A stretch of 64,000 nt of DNA from Raillietiella orientalis (Eukaryota), in contig JAYWIR010000005.1 in NCBI GenBank assembly GCA_036172245.1, forward strand, positions 1,178,001 through 1,242,000, in the 5' to 3' direction. Numbering within the stretch: position 1 is the first letter of the stretch; each line of letters opens with the position of its first letter. The notes beneath the pieces are model-generated. The model was not told where the DNA came from, did no database searches, and saw only the letters and a list, made by a program, of their open reading frames with translations. A program made the translations under genes and the position numbers. Below are positions 39,101 to 48,432 of this stretch, piece after piece.

Positions 39101-40859
39101 GTCCTCTCCCTTTCTCCCACATGACTCCCCCGCTCGCCTCGGGGCCCCCAAAGCTCGCGCGGACGAACGAACGCCTCGCCCTCCTCAGCTCCTCGCACAG
39201 GCGGGCAAGTGGCCCCCAGAGTCCCCGGCCGGGGACCCGCATACCCAAGAGCTCTTTCGCTTCCGGCGAAGGCAGATGAGGTCGACTGAGGACACGGGAG
39301 AACCCCTTCCCAGGACGGGGGGGCCAGCCCACCCCACACGTAGGGGAGGTGACCATGGGTTCCGACCGCCCTCTTCGTCCCGCGCGTGCGCACCGCTCCG
39401 GGCTTGCCTCACGCGAAAACGCAAGGGCGCACCCCATCGGGCAGGGGCTGGAAGAGGACCCACCGGTCTCGCCAGCTCGACTTGCTGGCGTCCGGCACCC
39501 CCGCTCAGGGCGCGGAGACCAGTGGGACGGGCTGAAGAGCCCGGTGACTGCCCCTCACACTGGAGCTGGATGTCTTTCATCGCCCGCCTGCGCCCATCCC
39601 CCAGGTCCCACGCTTCCAGTGGCGCCTCCCTGAGTCCGGGTCGGCAGGCGGGGGTTCCCGGAATCGCGGACACCGGACGCGGGCGGCCCACTGTGGCCTC
39701 CTTCGGAAGGCTACCACCACGTCCCAGCGGAGAGAGTGCCAAAGGAGTGCAGCATCCACTGCGCGGTAGTGGAAACCCTGCGGATGGAATGCTCTGGCGG
39801 GCTCCTTCAGGGACGGACGAGCGCCCCAGGAGCACTCCGATCTCCCCTCCTCCCGAACTGTTGCCTCCTCCTGACAGTCTGCTCAGGCCTCGATGGAGGG
39901 CTTGCCAGCTGCTCCCTGCCACCGTTCCCTCCTACTGTCCTTTGCGAGCGGCGGCGATTTCCGAAGTCGAGCCCATGTCGCCCCGGGAGATCTCGTTGAA
40001 GGTCACCGCGGCCTGCGTGCCACGGGCAACTCTCTCGGAGCTCTGGTCGGTGAGAGCAAGGAATGGGTGCTCAGGGTTGATGGGCAGGAAAATTTCACAG
40101 CGAGCGAGAGAAGTCTGACGAAGGCCCACCGAAGAGGAGGAAACAGCAGCGGCAACAACAACGGCAGTCACAAAGGAAAGCAGGTGCAATGCAACAACAC
40201 AACAAGAAGAGAAAGGAGGTGCATCCAACTGTGTTTCTTGCACCAATGCGAATTCTTCGTTCCGCTGCGACCTCAAATGCAAGCATAAAAACGACACTGT
40301 TGTGCTACACACTTTTCCTTCATGGTTTCTCTGAAATCTGAGTTGGGTGCTCCATGTGAAGATACCCCAAGAGACTTACTGGGAGCTGTCGAGTGGCCGA
40401 AGGTCACAAGCCATCAGGCAGTAACACAGGCCGCCGCCTCGATTTGCCATGGAGGACGACGCCCAGCTTCCGGAAGCGGGGCCGTTCGAGGTGGTCCGGC
40501 GGAATCCGAGGAGCGAGATGCGGAGGAAAGGTTCTCCTCGCCTTTCGATGGGGATTCCTTGGCTCTCAAGGTCGACGTTCCACCCTCTCAGGCGTTATTT
40601 GCATGGGTTTGGGGAGCTTGCTGAGGGAAAGAGGCATTGCCCGTGGGATGGAGCAGAAGAAGCAGGGTTGCCACAAACTCGAAAACCCAAAGGTAGAACG
40701 CAATGACTTGACTTTTTTCAACTTCGCTATTGTGAGGTAACTGAAACAAGGAGCGGGTGCAGCGCAGTGGAAGTTGACTTTCCGGGATCTTTCCAGGGAT
40801 CACGGAGGACAGGTTTCCTTCGGGGTTCCTACCTCCGGTTGTGGAAACGGAGCCGTGCC

Positions 40860-41590
40860 ATCATCACCTGCGCGAGCGACACCGAGCGTCGCGGGTTCGA
40901 ATCCCTCCAGGGGAAGGATCGCTTTAGAGAAATGGGGAGCGCGTCGTGGGTTTCGAGTCTCCACTCCTTCCTGCAGGGTGGCGCTGGTTGACCTGCAGAC
41001 TTGGGGTGCGGCGGCACTGGTAGAGAGGCCGGATGCCCCCGCTGACAGGCTGGGATTTGAACCTTGACCCTCTGGGGTCCTTCCAGGAATCGAGCAGCAG
41101 GTGACCTTCGGGATGCCCCTCTGGTTGTGAGAATGGAGCCGTTACCATGGAGCTGGTTGATACTCCCCTCGGGGGTCTGCCTGTCCTTGGTGCAAGAAGC
41201 GCGCTGCTCCCTTCAAGTAACGCCCTTTCCACAGACAATGTGGAAGAGTCCCCTCGGGGTTCACTTCAGAGAAGGATGAAACCAGGAACGGTTTCCTTGA
41301 GGAGGTCCCCTCCGGAGAAGTTCCGGGAGCGGATCTTTTCGGGGTTCCCTTTGGAGGAGAAGCGAGGAGCAGCCTCCGCAACCCGGGAGTCTCTCCAGAG
41401 AGAACAAGGAAGAGGTGGTTCCCTTCGGGGTTCCCTCCCGAACGTAAGAGGGGCGGACTCCTCCGGTGTTCCTTCCTCCGGTGCCTTCCTGGATTCTATA
41501 GAGTGGTCCCTACGGGGTTACCTCCTATACATTGAAGAGTGACAGGCACTCTTGGATGGCGTGGGCAGCGTTCAAAGCTTCATCCTTCCC
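40860..41590 (+). mobile_element. Repeat with tRNA-like head (SINE-like or LINE 5' UTR), copy 1
   Basis: T-arm/B-box gcgggTTCGAATccc at 40891-40905. The following ~700 nt are colinear with 58450-59170 (e.g. taccatggagctggttgata, aatgtggaag, ggtggcgcgggcagtgtt vs gatggcgtgggcagcgtt). Confidence 0.8.
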
Positions 41591-41949
41591 TGCCCCCCAT
41601 CCCCAAGGAGGCAAACGGTTCCTCGGCACTCAGAGAACCAAAGGAGTTTTCACCCCGTCCCGTCCGTCGCACCACCATGGGAATCGGCATTGCTGGTAGA
41701 AGGTTCCTAGTGTAGGGGGCGAGGAAGGGGGGGGCAGCCAAAACTTTCACAGGTCGATCCGGGAACGCGGATGAGTCCTGAACTCCTGTGCGTGATGCTG
41801 CTCACCAAGGGATGGGGGTTAGTCGGCTGCGAAGTTTCTCGGCGAGTTCTTCGCGAGCGACTGGTGCTCCTCCAAGGCGAGTTCCGTGCGCCCTGCTTCT
41901 GCAGGGGGACCGGAGGGGCCGTCGTCACCCTAATTTTCCTCGAACCCCA

Positions 41950-44260
41950 TTCGGAGCTCATTCCTCGGAAGGGATGCTCCTGCCTAACCAACGCTTCCGC
42001 CCAGCCTCCCTCGAATGACGGGAGTTGGCGTTGCTGGTGGTGCATTGGGGGAATCCTGTGCAAAGCGCGTCTTCACCACTGGACACGGGGGGAGGGTGGA
42101 CTCTCAGAGTGTGACAGGTGCGGGAAGCAGGAGGCCCTCCCGCACCTGATGTTGGACTGCACTGCCCTCCGGCTTCCTTGGGATCTCCTCGTGACGATCC
42201 TAGGAATCCCAGCGGGTGGCCCCAGGGACATTTGGAAACTCCTCTTCCGCTTGGTGCCCCACTGCCTCCAGCCACGTCCCTCACAGCTTTCTGCTGTCCC
42301 CGTGGAATCGTAGCGGCCTGAAACGCGACAAGAAGAGGCCAAAATGGCAGAGACACGATCCATTGGGCGCGGAACTTTTCGCGGACCGCGTTGAGATGGT
42401 CCCACTTGGGGAATGTAAAAACAACACTTGTCAGCATCCTGGACAGGATGCAGATGGCGTCTCCGGGCGAACAGTGATCCTTTCCCTGCCCTCCCCTCCC
42501 CAGGAAACTTCCCTTCCCTCCGTCTTTTCTGTTTTTTGTTTGTGGTTTTCCCTCCCCCTTCGCCGTTGGAGAGGACTCACCGTTCTGCGTGCCGGTTTTT
42601 GGCAAGTCCTTCGCACGTGGTAGAACTACGTGTTCTACCACTGCATTGTAAGAAATTCGACTTTTATCATAATTTTTATCGTAAATGCCCCGGCAAATCC
42701 GGGTGACAAACCTGGGTGAAATAAGGGCGGACCTTATCGGCATCCTGGACAGGATGCGGAGGACGTCTCCCAGCGAAACGTGATCCTTTCCCCTCCCCCT
42801 CCCCAGAGAACTCTTCCTCCCTTTTTCACTTTTTGTCTGCTTTTTTTTGGTTTTTTTGCTTTCGGTTTTCCCTTTTCCGAAAACGGACCTCGTTGGTCCA
42901 TGTACCGGTCTTGGCAAGTTTTACAAACGTGGCAGAACCAAGTGATCCACCACACTGCTGTAAATTTATACCACGTTTATCATTAATAAATGCCCCCGCA
43001 AAACCGGGTCAAAAAACGGTCTCTGGCCGACTTCGTCTTTCCGCCTTCCGTTGTTAAAACCGGAAGGACCACCTGTAAATTTAAGGCTCTGATGATGGAT
43101 GGAAACATCCAAGGTTTCGGCCACCAGCCGCGCATTTCTCTCGAGTGGCTCCGCGAGACTTTCATCTGCAAGAACTTTTGACTCGCGTGTGACCGTCGAT
43201 CCCTCTGGAGGTGTTCCTAGCCCACTGGGTATTTTTCTTCCGTTCTCTGAGTGCAATCCAGCGGAATCGAAATGCAAGGGCGGAGACTTCAAACAAGTGC
43301 CTCACCTTCTCATGAATCTGTTGTGGGCCTCGTTCACCTCCCCTTCTCCCCAGTGCTGCCCTCCCGAAAAGAAGCAAGGGACAGCGACCTACCGGCAAGA
43401 TGGAAAGCGTACAAGGGAGGAAAAAACTTCGAAGCTCGTGGACAACTCGCAGCTGGCGGACTCTGCAACCACGAGGGTCCCGCGAAAGGGATTGTCATGC
43501 TGCTCGCGGCACCTCAGGAGGAGGTGAAGTGGCCCCCAGCGTGCTTGGACAATGGCGTCCTCTCCATCAAGCAGCAAGAGGTAATGTTGCATGGGGAATC
43601 CCACGCAGAGATTATCTCTCTCCTTGGATACGGGGGAGAGTGGATGCCCATTGCACAAAGTGCGGCGAGAAGAAGACCTTCCCGCACTTATTGGTAGACT
43701 GTTCTGCCCTTCGACTCCCCCTCGACAATCCCAGGAAAACCGGAGGGCGAACCAAGTGGCATTTTTCGACGTCTCCTCCGACGTAACGATCTGCCGCACC
43801 CGCGTCCATGGCAGTTCTCTGCTGTATCCGTGGAATCGTGGCATGCTGGAACGCGACAAGGAGAGGGCAAAATGGCAAGGATGCCATCCACTGGACGACG
43901 GTCTTTCTGAGGACCGCCTCAAGATAGCCCCACCTGGGAAGCTTCAAAACAGCACTTGCCAGCACCCTGGGCGGGATGCAAAGGACGGCTCCCGGCGTTA
44001 TGTGATCCCTTCCCCTTCCTCGCCTTCCCAAGAAAGATTCCCCCCTCTTGATTTGTTTTTCTGTTTATTTTTTTGTGTACGTGATTTTCCCTCCGCCTTT
44101 CGCCGCGGAACCGACTTCGCCGGTCTTCATGCCGGTTTTCGCGCGTGGTAGGACTACGTGTTCTACCACATGGTTGCAAAAAATGTACCACTTTTGTTAT
44201 AATTTGATAACAAATACTCCGGCAAATCCGGGTGGCAAACCTTCGCACCTTTTCCTCCTT
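41950..44260 (+). mobile_element. Tandem Tx1/L1-like LINE 3' ends: two ORF2 zinc-finger segments and three 3' UTR copies
   Basis: CDRCGKQEALPHLMLDC (~42110-42160) and CTKCGEKKTFPHLLVDC (~43650-43700). The shared 3' UTR units lie at ~42433-42710, 42739-43016 (with AATAAA at 42985-42990 and an A6 tail) and 43960-44240. Confidence 0.8.
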
Positions 44261-44499
44261 CGCTCGCTTTTTGTCTGCCATGTTGATGGTGCGACGTCTT
44301 CCGGCATCCTTATGCTGTTGATTTGGAGGTTCACCCTAGATCAGTGAGTGCCTTAGGTTTGCCAAAGCCCGCGAGTCCTGTGGGTTGTCCTCTTCAATTT
44401 CCTTTTGTATGCGAGGACTCGCCGTGCGTGGATGACTGCGCTACTCTACAGTCGCGCGCAGCCCTCTATGGTCATCTTCCATTTCTTTTCTATCCAAGT

Positions 44500-45780
44500 T
44501 CCTCAAGGGATGCTGATAAACAGCGGATCACCTTGGTGAGCTCCTTGCCCCAGAGCTCCTCGGCACGATTTTCAGTTTCAAAGTCCACATGAGACTCTGG
44601 ATTCGTGTCCACGTTGAGTCCACTTTCTTCCAGTCGGCCGTGGTAAGCGCTATGAAGGACATCAGTTCCGTGCACCAGCCTTGGGCAGGCGCGGCGGAAC
44701 GCGAACGGCCAGTCATCCCACGCGCCGATGGTTCGGACCAGATGTTTGAGGTCCTGGAGCTTCAAGGCAGCGACGACATGGTGCATGCTGGTGCCTCCTT
44801 CCGCACCTCCACGGGCGACATAGGTGCTTCAGCTTGGCCTTTGGTCTTCTACCGCTTCAGACCAGATAGTGATATTTAAAAATTCTAAAAAATTTTATGT
44901 AGATGATTTAGAAGTACTAGTAATACGTGTTTTGCTTTATTAGAGTGAAATTGATATTAATGCTGGATGTTGATGGGTTAAATAAAATGATTGCTAGGCG
45001 TAAGGAAATATAGTTGAATTTGGCTATGTTAGTGTAAGAAGTATGTTTAGTAATAGATTATTGGGTTGCGTGGTTTGGAGATATTATGAGATTTTAATTT
45101 TAAGTTAATGTTGGTTTTCTAAGGTTTATGAGTGGAACATAGTAATGGTTTATGTAAAGTAGTGGTATTTCTCTGGATGATGGCTAGCTCTTTTGCCGTC
45201 CTCGGGGGCATCGTAAGGAAAGCCGCGGCTAAGAGGAACTTAGGCGCCATCATCCCGCTGATCTTCTGCGAGAAAGAGGCTGCGACGAACTGGCTGATTT
45301 CTCCGCGCAGCCTGGCCAGCAGCTCGGCGATCACTTCCATCCGCACGGGAAGTTAAGGGACGGGGGACCCTTAAATTCACCGGACTTCCTTCGTTTTCCT
45401 CTGTTTTTTCTTATCCCTTCACCCCCTCCGCAATGTTGTGGACCTCGTTGGAGCACCCCTACAGATGGTTGGGCATGGTCCCTCCTACTCCTACCCTGCC
45501 TATCCGTTTTTGTAAAAGATAAACGCCCCGGGGCGACCGAGTGAAACTTCCCTGCAGCGTGTCTGGCGACAAGACCGAGAAACTTCGATTTTCAAGCTGC
45601 AGCGCCATCTCCATTGGCACCTCCTCTGAGAATTCTGCGCCTGCCATGGATTATCATGGCGTGTCAGATCGCACCATCATTGTTCCCCAGTTGATTTCTG
45701 CTTCGATCCCATTCTGGTCCGGGATCTTATTGGCGAGCCGGTCGACGCTGCAGCCATCTTTGACGCGCGATGTCGCTCCG
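44500..45780 (-). mobile_element. Decayed LINE ORF1 (gag-like) remnants with eroded CCHC zinc knuckles
   Basis: The minus strand has GFPYDAPED (45198-45224) and three knuckle-like remnants at 44680-44812 (RCG..H, CRRCLE, SARGMTGRSRSA cf. CxxCGxxGHxxxxC). The segment sits directly downstream of tRNA-headed repeat copy 2. Confidence 0.4.
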
Positions 45781-45784
45781 TGCG

Positions 45785-46160
45785 CCAGCAGTGCTTCTTC
45801 ACACTCTAGAGAAGGGTAATCAATCCACCAGCTCTCCATGGTACGAGATGGAGGGTCCTCTCCCCCCCGAGAGGGAGGACGGTTCCATTTTCACAGCCGG
45901 AAGTGAATCCCGAAGGGCTTTTTGATTCCCGGAAGGACGTCGGAGGGTCAGCTCCCCATCCCGGCCAGTCAACGGGAGCGTCCGGCTGCTTCCACCTGTG
46001 CCGCACTCGACGTCTCTAGACCAACCAGCGTCATCTTCCGGGGGAATCCACGATGCGCCCCCCTTTCTCTGGTGTCGATCCTTCCCCGAGCGGGATTCGA
46101 ACCCGCGACGCTCGGTACCCGCGCGGAAAGACCGCAGCCACGCGGTTTCCCGCACAGTGC
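45785..46160 (-). mobile_element. Repeat with tRNA-like head, copy 2 (5' portion)
   Basis: Perfect T-arm gcggg-TTCGAAT-cccgc (46090-46106 on - strand). It shares accgagcgtcgcgggttcgaatccc with copy 1 and ggaccctccatc.cgtaccatggag with copy 3. Confidence 0.8.
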
Positions 46161-48395
46161 TGCAGATGCTAACTCTATGGGCGTACTCTTGAGTTTTTGC
46201 TGTTCCGCAGTTGATAGTGAAACCGGGAACTCGAGGTCCAAGACCAGACCGTTGCTTCTGGTTCCAACGGAAGAGAACCACGCCTTGGCGTCGTGCTTTC
46301 GTTTCCATGGGATACACTCCCGCGTCTCGACAGCAGCGAAACCTCGCAAGCGCGAGTCCCCTCGGACCACCCCTGAAACGGCCGAAGGATTCCAATTTTC
46401 GCGCGCGGGGGGGGGGGACCGCAAGCCGTCATCCTCAGCACGCGGACGTAGTAAGCGTGCACGTACACCGAATTGTACGCTTTTCACCATGGGCACTTGG
46501 CGCGTACGGAACGCGCGAAAACAAAGGCGCTGGGTGGCTCGCTCGGGCGGTGGGGAAGCGCGCGCGCGCGTTGCACGTGGGCAGCTGGGGTACACACATA
46601 GCTGCTGTCCCTGGACCCCTCGCGGCGGAAGTCCTCTGCTGCAGAACTTTTTCACCAATTCTGTGCACTCGTGCTCGTTTTCCAGACGCGTGCACAAGTA
46701 CATTAAGCACTGATGTAATTTACCACAGGCGCGCATGCTGCCAATTTTCATGCCAGACGCGTGGACGGAATAGTTCGAACACAACGGTAACACGCCCCCT
46801 CTCCCACTCGTTAATTAGTTACTATGCAAGCAGTAAGCGAACCTTTCTCCCGTTTAGCACGCGTGAATTTAATTGATGTACACGTGAATCATTTCATAAC
46901 ATCTGTAGTGACCTGCAATGCCTACATTAACGCTAAGTGAATTACGTAACAATGATGGTGTGAGGCACACTACGGCTGTGATGACGTAGAAAGGTTGCCT
47001 TTCTTGCACAAGTAAATAACAGGGAAAAGGACCTTTAAAAGAAGAAAGAAAAAAAGAAAAGAAAGGAGGGAAAGAAAAGAAAAGAAAAAAAGGAGGAGGA
47101 GGTATTTAGCATGTTTAGTTGTGATCAAGCACACTTTGTGAAGCAATTCCTCCAGTTTCCCATGAGAATATGGCTTGCTAGATCAGTGAGCCTCGTGGTT
47201 ACTGCACACAGCCCTCTGCCAGTGGAAAATTAATAAATGGAGCATGTTGGAAGAACGCGTACCGTTGATTCCACCTGAGATTAATTCCATTCTTTGTCTT
47301 CAGTCTCTCAACTTCTTTCCATTCTCTTTCTGCTTTGCTCGGTATATTTACCTATACATTTTCCCGATCAGTTTAACATTTCTAAAACGAAAACTCCGTT
47401 CATTCTTCCAATGATAAAAGCTGACCTAATGTCCAAGGGGGGGGGGGGGGGGGAACAACGAAGAAATCAGGTCCTTGGAAATATTCATTTTCTCACGACG
47501 TGTTTCGTCAATTTTGCAATTTTTGCTCATTTAGCTCAAAATAGCACTGCCGCCTCTTCAAAATACAGGAAAAGATTTCTCAGGAGAGAAATGTTTACCT
47601 TTTAAACGCTGAGAAAATGAAAAACAAAGAAAAGCTCAGCGCAGGTTGTCTTTTGGGGAGCTACGTCAGAAGTCTACGTAAAAAAATGTTCGCAAACTCA
47701 TTCCAGTCATCATATTTCACTCATTTTCCAAGAAAACGAATAAACGTTTCTCTGAGGAAAAAAAAAAAGAAGTAACATATTGACTTCCGAAAGACTGGAT
47801 TGCATGGAGTCACTGAAAACTTTTCACCCTAATACTCAAAACAGTATCAAGATCACTGACAAAGTATCAATGGGCATGCATCATTGCACCAGAAGCAGCA
47901 AAAGCAACCTGCCCCCCCCCCCCTCCCCATTCTTACTGAAACCTTGGGTATCCGGGAAACTCAGTTGTATAAATGTACTCTTTAAAGTAAAATCCTCAAA
48001 ACCAAATCTCATGCCGAGCAATATTCTGAGTGGTGAATGGAGTAGCCGCACCATGTACACACCAAACAAAGTGGCGTTGTAGATTGCACACCTAAAAAAA
48101 AAAAAAAGAAGACACATTCAACGAAAAGTGCTCCACAAGGAAAATTAACAGGGTACGGGAGTTCAGTTACGAAATTTGACCAGTCAAGTAGGTTCCTCGA
48201 AGAACTCAAATCAGAGATCGTGAAAGCCGGAAGGGAGGGGAGTGGGGGAGGGAGCCAGAATTCGCGGATATTCGACAAGAGCAGCTGCTTTCGTGGGAAA
48301 CAATGGTCTACCAATGTCGGCTAGCAAAACTGAATTGCAAATGGGAACAGCAGCAGCAACCGCAGCAGTACGTACTCCGGGCAAGAGATCTGAGC

Positions 48396-48432
48396 ACCGG
48401 AACGCGCGCATGCGCATATTGGGGGATTCCGG
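48396..48432. promoter_or_regulatory. Candidate housekeeping-type promoter (NRF1 plus ETS cores), probably of the ARHGAP21/23-like gene
   Basis: GCGCATGCGCA at 48406-48416 is flanked by ACCGGAA (48396-48402) and TTCCGG (48427-48432). It is followed by candidate donors (gttcgg ~48696, gtaagt ~48837) and then a long AT-rich intron-like block. Confidence 0.55.

Noticed and set aside
38616..40118. 500-aa + strand ORF and the many other long Arg/Pro/Gly-rich ORFs (e.g. 2947-4164, most of 10272-11753)
   Set aside because: No recognisable domain or coding-like composition. Long stop-free frames are expected at this GC level, and this one overlaps antisense LINE remnants.
43089..43106. CTGATGA...GAAAC as a minimal hammerhead
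   Set aside because: The 6-nt spacer tggatg cannot form stem II with the conserved G-C pair.
46085..46160. Possible tRNA gene (also 40860-40910 and 58460-58525)
   Set aside because: Only the T-arm/B-box is convincing. There is no clean acceptor, D or anticodon stem, and it continues into a repeat body, so I treat it as a tRNA-derived repeat head.
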